Positions 46,140-54,798 of a DNA stretch of 64,000 bases are shown piece by piece (the first letter of the stretch is position 1; every line of letters starts with the position of its first letter). This stretch comes from a virus. Taxonomy: Duplodnaviria; Caudoviricetes. Both the position numbers and the translations under genes were made by a program. The stretch spans positions 15,611 through 79,610 of the IMG/VR virus record IMGVR_UViG_2936072512_000001, one strand, 5' to 3'. The notes beneath the pieces are model-generated. The model saw only the letters and a list, made by a program, of their open reading frames with translations, was not told the origin of the DNA and searched no databases.

Positions 46140-46967
46140 ATGTCTGATCTGATGACGATGACGCCGGGCGCGATCATCGGATACCGCAAGAGCGGCGCTC
46201 CGATCCGCCTGATCGGCGGAGGTTCAGAAGGTGCGCCCGAGGGCGGCGCGGGCGGCGCAGGTGATCCTGCCGGTGCTGCCGGTGCTGGCGCTTCGTCCGC
46301 TGGTACGGCGGGCCCCGCCGTCGAGGATGATCCGCCTGCCAACCCCAACGCCAAGCGCGTCGACGAGCTGCCCACGTGGGCGCAGAAGCTCGTCAAGGAC
46401 CTGCGCACCGAGGCTGCGGACTTCCGCACCCAGCTGGCGGACGTGAAGCGGCAGGCCGAGACGCCGCCTGCTGGCCCCTCCGTGGAGGAGATCTCCAGCC
46501 AGGTCCGCAACGACGTCGCCAAGCAGATCGCCGACGCCCTGGGCATCACGACCAGCGAGGAAGCTCCGCCGCCCGACCCCGAGCAGGTCATCGCGCAGCT
46601 GACCGCCGACAAGCAGGCCTCCGACACGCAGGCCCGGCAGTCGGCCGAGCGGCACCGCATGGCGCTGGTCGAGCTGGCCGTGCACCGCATCTCCACGCGG
46701 ACCGGCGCCGACCCTGACGCTCTCCTGGACTCCCGGTCCTTCCTGAGCAACATCCACGGCCTCGACCCCGACGCCGCTGGCTTCAACGACACGTTGACCG
46801 CCGCGATCACGCAGGCCGTCAACGACAACCCCAAGTTCGCGGCCGCCCAGGCGCCGGCCGCTCAGCGATCCGGAGGCGAGTTCGGCGGCGGGCCCGGCGG
46901 ACGCAGCGAATCGGACGAACCGTCCGTCGATGACTTCCGCGCCAAGCGGCGCGCCAAGAAGGAGTAG
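46140..46967 (+). CDS. Capsid scaffolding protein
   Basis: Between minor capsid and MCP; LPTWAQKLVKDLRTEAA, DPDALLDSRSF, RSGGEF. Confidence 0.8.
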   Translation: MSDLMTMTPGAIIGYRKSGAPIRLIGGGSEGAPEGGAGGAGDPAGAAGAGASSAGTAGPAVEDDPPANPNAKRVDELPTWAQKLVKDLRTEAADFRTQLADVKRQAETPPAGPSVEEISSQVRNDVAKQIADALGITTSEEAPPPDPEQVIAQLTADKQASDTQARQSAERHRMALVELAVHRISTRTGADPDALLDSRSFLSNIHGLDPDAAGFNDTLTAAITQAVNDNPKFAAAQAPAAQRSGGEFGGGPGGRSESDEPSVDDFRAKRRAKKE

Positions 46968-46972
46968 CCGAC

Positions 46973-47887
46973 ATGGCTAACACGTTCCTCACCCCGCAGA
47001 AGATCGCCAGCGCCGCGCTGGCGACGCTGTACGAGACCTGCGTCATGGCGCAGCTCGTGCACCGCGACCTCGACCAGGACTTCGCGGGCAAGCAGGGCGA
47101 CACCGTGAACGTCCGCAAGCCCGCGACGTTCGACGCCTACGAGTACGACCGCAGCCAGGGCATCCAGATCCAGAACGCGACCGAGACGGCGATCCCGGTC
47201 ACGCTGAACCACTTCGCCGACGTCTCCTTCGCCGTCACCACGGAGGAGCTGACGCTGGAGATCGAGGACTTCGCGACCCAGCTGCTCACCCCGGCGATGG
47301 AGGCCATCGCGCAGAAGATCGACCGCGACCTGCTCGCGCTGCGCGACGACATCACCCAGGAGGTCGGCGTCGTCCTGGACCCGAACATCCACACCTGGGA
47401 CAAGCCGCAGGTCCTCATCGACGCCGACCGCGTCCTGAACGAGCGCAACGTCGCCCCGACGCAGCGCTCGGCGGTGATCGGCCCGCAGATCAAGGCGAAC
47501 TGGCTGTCCGACCCGCTGTTCCACCAGGTGGACACCTCGGGCACCACGGACGGCCTGCGCGAGGCCTCGCTCGGCCGCCGCGTCTTCGGGTTCGACCCGT
47601 ACTCGACGCAGAACATCAAGCGGCCCGCGCAGGTCTCCGGCAACTCCAAGTCCGAGGTCGGCGTCGCCTTCCACCGGACGGCGTTCTGCCTCGTCACTCG
47701 GCCGCTGGTGCTGCCGCAGGGCGCGGCCCGCGCGACCGTCGCCAACTACAAGGGCTTCTCGCTGCGCGTCGTGATCGACTACGACATCGACCTCAAGCAG
47801 GACGTGTGCTCGATCGACACGCTGTACGGCACCAAGACGCTCGACCCCAACCGCGCGGTCCTGGTGAAGGACGCCGACGTCGCCTAG
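46973..47887 (+). CDS. Major capsid protein (HK97 fold, P22-coat-like)
   Basis: MANTFLTPQ..KQGDTVNVRKP..SIDTLYGTKTLDP; AAGGAG RBS. Confidence 0.92.
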   Translation: MANTFLTPQKIASAALATLYETCVMAQLVHRDLDQDFAGKQGDTVNVRKPATFDAYEYDRSQGIQIQNATETAIPVTLNHFADVSFAVTTEELTLEIEDFATQLLTPAMEAIAQKIDRDLLALRDDITQEVGVVLDPNIHTWDKPQVLIDADRVLNERNVAPTQRSAVIGPQIKANWLSDPLFHQVDTSGTTDGLREASLGRRVFGFDPYSTQNIKRPAQVSGNSKSEVGVAFHRTAFCLVTRPLVLPQGAARATVANYKGFSLRVVIDYDIDLKQDVCSIDTLYGTKTLDPNRAVLVKDADVA

Positions 47888-47895
47888 TCGATTCC

Positions 47896-47925
47896 TAGCG
47901 GAACCGCTGTGAAGCGGTTCCGCTC
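47896..47925. promoter_or_regulatory. Double operator-like site that also forms a hairpin after MCP
   Basis: TAGCGGAACCGCTG and AAGCGGTTCCGCTC; AGCGGAACCGCT-GTGA-AGCGGTTCCGCT is a 12-bp stem. Confidence 0.6.
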
Positions 47926-47946
47926 CTTTCCTGCAAGGAGACCTTG

Positions 47947-48309
47947 ATGGGCTACAAGCCCCGCATCACTGAGAAGACCATCACGCTCAAGGGCGCCGAC
48001 GTCGCCGCGGGCACCCACGTCCTGTGGCGGGCCCCGGTCCCGTGCCGTGTCGTCGCCGTCCGCGCCTACCGCATCGGCGGCTCCGGCGCCGCCCCCACCG
48101 TCAACGCCCACAAGAACGGCGTGACCATGCTCACCGGCGACCTGTCGGTGGCCACCGCCACGACCTGGACCGCCGCCTCGCTCGCCGCCGTGGCCGCCCG
48201 CCGCTTCGTCGAGGGCGACACCCTGGCGGTGCAGGTCGTCACGGCGGGCGGCACCGCGCCTACCGACCTGATCATCCAGGTCGACATCCAGAAGGACGCC
48301 AACTTCTGA
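47947..48309 (+). CDS. Putative capsid decoration protein
   Basis: Beta-sandwich-like composition; directly after MCP; AAGGAG RBS. Confidence 0.6.
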   Translation: MGYKPRITEKTITLKGADVAAGTHVLWRAPVPCRVVAVRAYRIGGSGAAPTVNAHKNGVTMLTGDLSVATATTWTAASLAAVAARRFVEGDTLAVQVVTAGGTAPTDLIIQVDIQKDANF

Positions 48310-48716
48310 TGCCCGGCCCGCGCACCCCTGTGGATCACATGGGCGCGATGACCGCAGCCGAGAACGTCAACGCGATGGGCGCGACCGGCGCGGTCAAGAC
48401 CATCGCGTCCGACGTGGCAGGCACGTACTCCTACTACAACCGGAACACCGGCCAGGTGGTGGAGTACGCGCAGCGGTCCTCTCGTCTCGACGCGCTCGAC
48501 AACTGGGAGCTCGTCGCCTCGCCGCCTCCGCCGAAGGGCAAGGCGGCCGAGGCCGACGACCCGGTCGTCCCCGTGGCGGTGCCGGTCACCCGACCGGCCG
48601 ACCACGAGCCCAAGAAGGAGTGGACGGACTACGCCATCTCCCGCGGCATGCCTGAGGCGCAGGCACGAGCCCTGTCCAAGCAGGCCCTCATCGACACCTT
48701 CGGGAAGGGGGCCTGA
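48309..48716 (+). CDS. Head-region protein with a C-terminal helical hairpin
   Basis: PKKEWTDYAISRG..LSKQALID. Confidence 0.6.
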   Translation: MPGPRTPVDHMGAMTAAENVNAMGATGAVKTIASDVAGTYSYYNRNTGQVVEYAQRSSRLDALDNWELVASPPPPKGKAAEADDPVVPVAVPVTRPADHEPKKEWTDYAISRGMPEAQARALSKQALIDTFGKGA

Positions 48717-49051
48717 TGGCCCGCACTGACCTGGTCCCTGCGGCCACGTCTCGCGCCGGCCTCGCCTGGACGGGCACTCCCGCCATCGCGGACGGCCACA
48801 TGTTCGCCGACAACGGCAAGCGGCTGGTGCGCATCAAGAACGCGCACACCTCGGCGGCGACGGTGACGATCCCGACGACCGGCACCGTCGACGGCCTGCC
48901 CGTCGACGATCGCGAGGTCGTCATCCCGGCCAACACCGGCGATGTCACCATCGGCCCGTTCACGTCGGTGTACCGGCAGCCCAACGGCAAGGTCCACCTC
49001 GACTACAGCGCGCCGACCGGCCTGACCGTGCAGCTCATCGAGCACCCGTAA
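48716..49051 (+). CDS. Putative structural protein
   Basis: MARTDL..GHMFADNGK..IGPF..YRQ. Confidence 0.7.
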   Translation: MARTDLVPAATSRAGLAWTGTPAIADGHMFADNGKRLVRIKNAHTSAATVTIPTTGTVDGLPVDDREVVIPANTGDVTIGPFTSVYRQPNGKVHLDYSAPTGLTVQLIEHP

Positions 49052-49067
49052 CAGGAGGAGGTGAGTC

Positions 49068-49466
49068 GTGCTCGTCTACGCATCCGCAGCCGACTACACC
49101 GACTACACCGGGCAGGCCGACCTGCCCGCCGACATCGACAGGCGGCTGGAGCGGGCGTCCGAGCGGATCGACGAGCTGCTGCTGACCGCCTACTACCGCA
49201 CCGACGACACGGGCATGCCGACCGAACCCGCCGTGCGCGAGGCGGTACGGCGGGCCACGTGCGCTCAGGCGGCGTGGACGTCGGCGCACGGCGACGAGTA
49301 CGGCGTCGCGTCGGCGTTCAAGGACGTCGCCATCGGGTCGGTGAAGCTGTCGCGCGGCGGCTCCAACGAAGGCGGCACCTCCCGGCATGCGCCGGACGCG
49401 CACTCGATCCTGCGCTCGGCCGGGCTGCTGCCGGGCTTCGTCATGGACACGGGCGGGTGGTGGTGA
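49068..49466 (+). CDS. Head-tail adaptor
   Basis: YASAADY..RLERASERID..VRRATCAQA..IGSVKLS..LRSAGLL. Confidence 0.8.
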   Translation: MLVYASAADYTDYTGQADLPADIDRRLERASERIDELLLTAYYRTDDTGMPTEPAVREAVRRATCAQAAWTSAHGDEYGVASAFKDVAIGSVKLSRGGSNEGGTSRHAPDAHSILRSAGLLPGFVMDTGGWW

Positions 49467-49777
49467 TGCTGCTGCCTGACTGGCTGCTGCGTCACACCGC
49501 CGTCATCCGCCCCCACCTCGGGGCGGGCGCCTATGGGCCGGTCTTCGGCGACGCGTCGACGGAGCCGTGCCTGGCCGACGACGAGCGGCGCATGGTCCGC
49601 GACGAGAAGGGCGCCGAGGTCGTCTCGGAGATCACGCTCTACATGCGGCCCGGCGTGGTGTGCCCGGCAGGGTCGGAGGTGACCGTGAACGGGCGCACCA
49701 CCACGGTCATCGCCTCCTACGTGCGCGACGGCGGCGGCCTGCCCACCCCGGACCATCTGGAGGTGGTGTGCCAGTGA
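49466..49777 (+). CDS. Head closure/stopper protein
   Basis: GAGAYGP..RRMVRDEKGAEVVS..PDHLEV. Confidence 0.78.
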   Translation: MLLPDWLLRHTAVIRPHLGAGAYGPVFGDASTEPCLADDERRMVRDEKGAEVVSEITLYMRPGVVCPAGSEVTVNGRTTTVIASYVRDGGGLPTPDHLEVVCQ

Positions 49778-49784
49778 TGCCCGC

Positions 49785-50183
49785 ATGGTGAAGCGCACCT
49801 TCAAGGAGGGCGTCCCGGCCGCGCAGATCAACGCCGCGGTGAAGGCGGCGGCGGTGCGCGGGCTGCGCCTGGCAGGCAAGCACCTGGTGAAGGCGGCCCG
49901 TGACCGGGTGCCGCTCGACCAAGGCACCCTGGAGCGCTCGATCAAGGAGTCGGTGGACGAGACCCGGCTGATCGGCGCGGTGTCGGCCGACACGCCGTAC
50001 GCGCTGATCCAGCACGAGGTGCCGCCACCTCCGGACACCGACGAGAAGGGCCGCAGCTACACCCACGACCCCGGCCGCACCTGGAAGTACCTGGAGGAGC
50101 CGCACCGCGAGCAGGCGACGGTGATGCGCGACATCATCGCCGCCCAGCTCAAGAAGGTGCTGTTCGGAAAGGGGGGCCTGTGA
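49785..50183 (+). CDS. HK97 gp10-like neck/tail-completion protein
   Basis: VPLDQGTLERS..DTPYALIQHE..KYLE. Confidence 0.8.
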   Translation: MVKRTFKEGVPAAQINAAVKAAAVRGLRLAGKHLVKAARDRVPLDQGTLERSIKESVDETRLIGAVSADTPYALIQHEVPPPPDTDEKGRSYTHDPGRTWKYLEEPHREQATVMRDIIAAQLKKVLFGKGGL

Positions 50184-50626
50184 GCTTCTCCCTGGACCTG
50201 CTCACCGGCCTGCACGAGGTGCTGGCCGACGCAGGCGTCGGCCACTGGAACCCGTCCGGGATCTACACCGCCAACCAGGTCGGTCTCACGATCGGCGGCC
50301 TGCCGCCCAGCCCGGACCGGGCGATCTCAGCGGCGGTGTACGGCACGGGCCGGGCCGGTGACGACATCGCCGAACCCGACTCCAGCATGCAGGTGCAGTT
50401 CCGCATCCGCGGCACCGGCGACCCACGCACCGTCGACGACCTGGCGGACGGGCTGTTCGACACGCTGCACGGCGCATCCGACGTGGTCCTGCCCACGGGC
50501 GTGCTGCTGCTGCTCGCCTCCCGCAAGATCGTCGCCCCGCTCGACAAGGACTCCAACGGCCGCCACCTGCGCGCCGACTCCTACGAGCTGCTGGTGCACC
50601 GGCCCAGCCCGCACCGGCCCGCCTGA
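50180..50626 (+). CDS. Tail terminator (minor capsid 3-like)
   Basis: LPPSPDRAI..VQFRIRG..DKDSNGRH. Confidence 0.78.
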   Translation: MSFSLDLLTGLHEVLADAGVGHWNPSGIYTANQVGLTIGGLPPSPDRAISAAVYGTGRAGDDIAEPDSSMQVQFRIRGTGDPRTVDDLADGLFDTLHGASDVVLPTGVLLLLASRKIVAPLDKDSNGRHLRADSYELLVHRPSPHRPA

Positions 50627-50639
50627 CCCCACACCAATC

Positions 50640-50667
50640 CAGTTCGTAGCGGTCCCGCTGCGAACTG
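50640..50667. promoter_or_regulatory. Operator-like site TAGCGGTCCCGCTG inside a longer inverted repeat
   Basis: CAGTTCG-TAGCGG-TC-CCGCTG-CGAACTG upstream of the tail tube RBS. Confidence 0.6.
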
Positions 50668-50692
50668 ATCCCGCATGCCACAGGAGGCACGT

Positions 50693-51160
50693 ATGGCGCT
50701 GCGCAGCATGCTCGCCAAGGACTGGACCCTGGAGATCAACACCGGCACCACGGCGTCGCCGACGTGGACCACCGTCAAGGGCCTCACCAAGATGGGCTTC
50801 GAGATCGAGTCGGAGACCGAGGACGACTCCGACTTCGACAGCGACGGCTGGGGCTCCGACGTCGTCACCCAGCGCAAGTACAAGCTGACCGTCGAAGGCC
50901 GCCGCAAGCGCGACGCCGCCAGCGCCGGGTTCGTCCCCGACGCCGGCCAGGAGGCGCTGCGGACCGCGGGACTCGTGGTCGGCCTGGAGGCCTCCGCCGA
51001 GGTGCGCTGGTACCGCAAGGACGGCTCCCCGGACGCCTTCACCGGCACCGTCGCCGTCCAGTACAAGGGCGGCGGCGGCGAGACGACCGACCTCGAGCCG
51101 TTCGAGGCCGAGCTGTCCGGCCAGGGCAAGCCCGTCGCGATCACGAACCCGGCGGCCTGA
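50693..51160 (+). CDS. Major tail (tube) protein
   Basis: AGGAGG RBS; DDSDFDSDGW..VTQRK..GQEALR..VRWY..LSGQGKP. Confidence 0.85.
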   Translation: MALRSMLAKDWTLEINTGTTASPTWTTVKGLTKMGFEIESETEDDSDFDSDGWGSDVVTQRKYKLTVEGRRKRDAASAGFVPDAGQEALRTAGLVVGLEASAEVRWYRKDGSPDAFTGTVAVQYKGGGGETTDLEPFEAELSGQGKPVAITNPAA

Positions 51161-51164
51161 CCTG

Positions 51165-51563
51165 ATGGTGAAGCTGAAGGAACTCGACGACTTCCTTGAC
51201 GACGGCCTTGAGCTGCCGATCAAGGGCAAGACGTACCTGGTGCCGCCCGCCTCCGCCGAGGTGGGCCTGTACTGCCAGCGGCTGGCCGAGGTCGGCATGG
51301 CCGCCGCCAAGGGCCAGCAGGACGAAGGCGCGGCCGAGCTCGACGACGCCCGCGAGTCGGAGCTGTACCGCAAGTGCCTGGGCCCGGTCCTGGACGAGAT
51401 GGTCGCGGACGGCGTCTCGTGGCCGCGCATCAAGCACGCCGCGATCACCGCGTTCTTCTGGATCGCCGGTAACGACGAGGCCGCCGCGACCTTCTGGGAG
51501 CGAGGCCCGGAAGCAGCAGCCCCGGAAGCGACGAAGGGTCGGGCGGCGAGCTCGACGAGCTGA
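51165..51563 (+). CDS. Tail assembly chaperone (gpG-like)
   Basis: Between tube and tape measure; LELPIKGKTY..LGPVLDEMVADGV. Confidence 0.8.
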   Translation: MVKLKELDDFLDDGLELPIKGKTYLVPPASAEVGLYCQRLAEVGMAAAKGQQDEGAAELDDARESELYRKCLGPVLDEMVADGVSWPRIKHAAITAFFWIAGNDEAAATFWERGPEAAAPEATKGRAASSTS

Positions 51564-51835
51564 CGGGGCTCCGCGACTGGTACGACCCCGACGACGGCTT
51601 GACCGTCGACGGGACCGCCGTCACCTGGGGTGCGCTGCTGGAGCGCTGGTCGCTGATCGAGTGCGACCTGCACGCCGAGTACGGCATCGACCTGGACGAG
51701 CCCGGCCTGCTGCAGCAGCGCCGCTGGCGGTGGCTGCGCACCCGCATCCTCGGCCTGCTCGCCCGCGATTCGAGCATCTCCCGCGCGCTCACTCCCGACG
51801 ACCGCAAGCACTCCGGAGGTGAGCCGTGGCGCTGA
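51506..51835 (+). CDS. Tail assembly chaperone -1 frame extension (gpT-like)
   Basis: -1 frame open from 51473; WSLIECDLHAEYGIDL..WRWLRTRILGLL; C-CCG-GAA at 51506 and 51521. Confidence 0.7.
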   Translation, partial: PGSSSPGSDEGSGGELDELTGLRDWYDPDDGLTVDGTAVTWGALLERWSLIECDLHAEYGIDLDEPGLLQQRRWRWLRTRILGLLARDSSISRALTPDDRKHSGGEPWR

Positions 51836-54381
51836 AGATCGGCGAGCTGTACGCGACGCTGGAGCTGCGCAACCAGCTGACCACCCCGCTGGGCAAGGCC
51901 GTCGCAGGCGTCAAGGTGCAGGCGACCGGCATCCACGCCGCCATGGCCATGGTCGGCATCACCGCCGTGAAGGCGCTGGGCAGCCTGGCCTCCGGCGCCG
52001 TCCGCGCGGGCGGGGCGATGGTGTCCGCAGGCGCGAAGATCGCCTCTGCGGGCGCGAAGTCCGGCGCGCTCCTGGCCGGGATCGGCGCGGCCGGTGTGGC
52101 CGCGGGCGGCCTGCTGTCGATGGCGTTCGCCGGTGCGGTCGCCGGAATCGCCATGATCGGCATCAAGGCCGCCGCCCAGTCGGCGCAGGTGAAGGCGGCC
52201 TTCGCCGACATGAAGGCCTCCATCCAGGCCGACCTGGCGAACGCGGCGTCGGTGCTGGAGCAGCCGCTCGCGCAGGCGGCCGGGTCGGTGAAGGGCCTGT
52301 TCTCCTCGCAGATCGCGCCCGCCCTGCAGGGCATGTTCACCTCGATCGCTCCGCTGATCGGCGAGTTCACGGCCGGTCTCGGCGACTTCCTGGGGCCGAT
52401 GCTGCCCGCCATCCAGGGCATCGTCGGCGCGGTCGTGCCGATGTTCTCCCAGCTGGCGGGAAGCATGGGCGTCTTCGGTGGCCAGCTGGCCGCCTTCCTG
52501 GCTCCGCTGTCGGCCGCGATGGCGTCCAACAGCGGCCTCATCGCCACCTTGATCACCGGCATCGGCGGACTCCTCGCCGCGCTCGGACCGCTGCTGGCCG
52601 CGTTCCTGCAGCTGGCCGGGCAGGTCGCCGGGCCGCTGTTCGCCGGGCTGCAGCAGATCGCCGCGGCGTTGTCGACGCACCTGGCGCCGGTGCTGGTCCA
52701 GCTCGGTCCGCTGATCGGTCAGCTGATCGGCCAGTTCGCGCAGATCGCCGTCGCCTTGATCCCGCTGCTGCCGCCCTTCCTGCAGTTGGCCGCCACCCTG
52801 GCCAGCGCGCTCATGCCGGTCCTGACGTTGATCGTCCAGGCGCTGGCTACCGCCCTGCAGCCCATCCTGGTGGCGCTGCAGCCGGTCCTGGCCGCCCTCG
52901 GCGAAGTGTTTTCGCAGGTCGTCATGGCTTTGATGCCGATCCTGCCGCCGATCTCGCAGCTGATCACGTCGCTGCTGCCGGTCGTGGTCACCCTGGTCAA
53001 GTCGCTGACCCCGATCCTGACCATGCTCGCGAACGTCTTCGCCAAGGTCGTCGGCGCGGTGACGCCGTTCCTGCCGCCGCTGGTCAAGCTCGGCACGAGC
53101 GTCCTGCCGCTGATCATGGGCGTCCTCGACGCTTTCGTGAAGCTGCTGTCCGGCGACGTGTCCGGAGCCTTCGAGACGATCAAGAAGGCTGTCTCCACCT
53201 TCGTGACCGGCATCAAGGAGAACTTCAACAAGCTCCTCGACCTCGGCTCCGAGCTGGTCAACGGGATCAAGAACGGCATCGCCAAGCTGTGGAACGGCTT
53301 TATGGCGTGGGTGAAGGAGAAGTTCGGCCAGCTGCCCCAGTGGGTCAAGGACATCTTCGGCATCGCGTCGCCGTCGAAGGTGATGGCCGACATCGGCGGC
53401 AACGTCATCAAGGGCCTCATCGTTGGCATGACCGGCGAAGAGTCCACGATCCGCGACACCACGAAGAGGCTCGCCGACACCGTCCTGGCCGCGTTCAAGG
53501 ACGGCAAGATCAGCAAGGGCGTCAAGGACGGCCTGGTCGAGATGATCCGGGCAGGCAACCGTGACCTGCTCGCGCTGGCCGCCGAGCGGGAGAAGTTCGT
53601 CGAGCGGATGAAGTCCGTCGCCGACGCGATGAAGTCGTTCGCGAACCTGACCAGCCTCGACTTCGGCACCAACGAGCAGGGGCAGAAGAACGCGCCCACG
53701 GCGGGCGGCATCCAGGCCGGGCTGCAGGCCAAGCTCGCCCAGGTCCGCGCCTTCGCCTCCGTCATCAAGAAGCTCGCCAAGCGCGGCCTCAACAAGGCGC
53801 TGCTCGCCCAGATCATCGAGGCCGGGCCCGAGGCCGGCACGGAGCTCGGCCGGGCGCTGCTGGAGGCCGACGCCTCCACCTTCAAGTCGATCAACAACAC
53901 GCAGGCCTCCATCGACAAGGCCGCCAAGCAGGCCGGGAAGAACGCCGCCGCCGCCCTGTTCGAGGCGGGCAAGAACGGCGGCGCGGGCTTTTTGAAGGGT
54001 CTGCTGAACAACAAGAAGGACATCGAGAAGGCGATGCTCGACATCGCCAAGTCGATGGTCGCGGCCATCAAGAAGGGCCTGAAGATCAAGTCGCCGTCGC
54101 AGGTGATGGCCGGGCTGGGCGTGCAGGCGATGGCCGGACTCCAGCGCGGACTCATCGCCGGGACGGCGCCGGTTCTGGCCGCCGCCCGCTCGGTGGCCAC
54201 CGCGCTTCCCGGGGCGATGGCCTCCGACCTCGGCGTCGGCAGCACCGGTTACCGGGTGACGCCGAAGGGCGGGTCCGCGCCGGTCACGGTGAACGTCACC
54301 AACCACTACCCGCAGGCCGAGCCGACCAGCAAGACGGTGAACAAGGGCCTGCAGTACGCGGCGATCCTCGGCCTGACCTGA
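51826..54381 (+). CDS. Tape measure protein 1
   Basis: 851 aa; MALKIGELYATL; amphipathic L/P repeats; GIASPSKVM and KIKSPSQVM. Confidence 0.9.
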   Translation: MALKIGELYATLELRNQLTTPLGKAVAGVKVQATGIHAAMAMVGITAVKALGSLASGAVRAGGAMVSAGAKIASAGAKSGALLAGIGAAGVAAGGLLSMAFAGAVAGIAMIGIKAAAQSAQVKAAFADMKASIQADLANAASVLEQPLAQAAGSVKGLFSSQIAPALQGMFTSIAPLIGEFTAGLGDFLGPMLPAIQGIVGAVVPMFSQLAGSMGVFGGQLAAFLAPLSAAMASNSGLIATLITGIGGLLAALGPLLAAFLQLAGQVAGPLFAGLQQIAAALSTHLAPVLVQLGPLIGQLIGQFAQIAVALIPLLPPFLQLAATLASALMPVLTLIVQALATALQPILVALQPVLAALGEVFSQVVMALMPILPPISQLITSLLPVVVTLVKSLTPILTMLANVFAKVVGAVTPFLPPLVKLGTSVLPLIMGVLDAFVKLLSGDVSGAFETIKKAVSTFVTGIKENFNKLLDLGSELVNGIKNGIAKLWNGFMAWVKEKFGQLPQWVKDIFGIASPSKVMADIGGNVIKGLIVGMTGEESTIRDTTKRLADTVLAAFKDGKISKGVKDGLVEMIRAGNRDLLALAAEREKFVERMKSVADAMKSFANLTSLDFGTNEQGQKNAPTAGGIQAGLQAKLAQVRAFASVIKKLAKRGLNKALLAQIIEAGPEAGTELGRALLEADASTFKSINNTQASIDKAAKQAGKNAAAALFEAGKNGGAGFLKGLLNNKKDIEKAMLDIAKSMVAAIKKGLKIKSPSQVMAGLGVQAMAGLQRGLIAGTAPVLAAARSVATALPGAMASDLGVGSTGYRVTPKGGSAPVTVNVTNHYPQAEPTSKTVNKGLQYAAILGLT

Positions 54382-54389
54382 CCGCCCGC

Positions 54390-54653
54390 TCACCGCTTCC
54401 CACCGCGGGGGGCGGGCGGCTCCGGCCGATTCGCGATCCAGCGCAACAGCCGGAAGATCCGCTCGACAGTCTCGTCGGAGCCGAACAGCAGGCACCCGAT
54501 GATCACGATCACCAGGGCGAGTTCGACGCACACGACAACTACGCCGATCGGGTGCAGGAGGGCCAGCCCCGTCGGCGCGAGAGTGGCAGCCCCAACCGTG
54601 ACCGGCTTGGCGACTGCCGCGATGTTGAGTTTTCCCTGCTGCTTGGGTCCCAT
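54390..54653 (-). CDS. Small membrane moron protein
   Basis: TM segments; ERIFRLLRWIANRPEPP; lower GC3. Confidence 0.6.
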   Translation of the reverse strand: MGPKQQGKLNIAAVAKPVTVGAATLAPTGLALLHPIGVVVVCVELALVIVIIGCLLFGSDETVERIFRLLRWIANRPEPPAPRGGKR

Positions 54654-54798
54654 CCTCGGACACCCCGAAGGGCGACCTCAGCCGCCGAAGCCATGAGAGT
54701 GCAGCTACTCCCAACAGCGTGCTGTACGTGGTGATTTGCCCCCGAGCAGCCATACCAAACCCTCTCGACCCGTCCCGTGCTGAAGGGGAGGTCGAGGC

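Noticed and set aside
51445-54753. 1102-aa reverse-strand ORF, and similar long ones at 36682-38514, 41944-43632 and 43940-45691
   Set aside because: Antisense shadows of high-GC3 genes; Arg/Gly/His-rich with no motifs.
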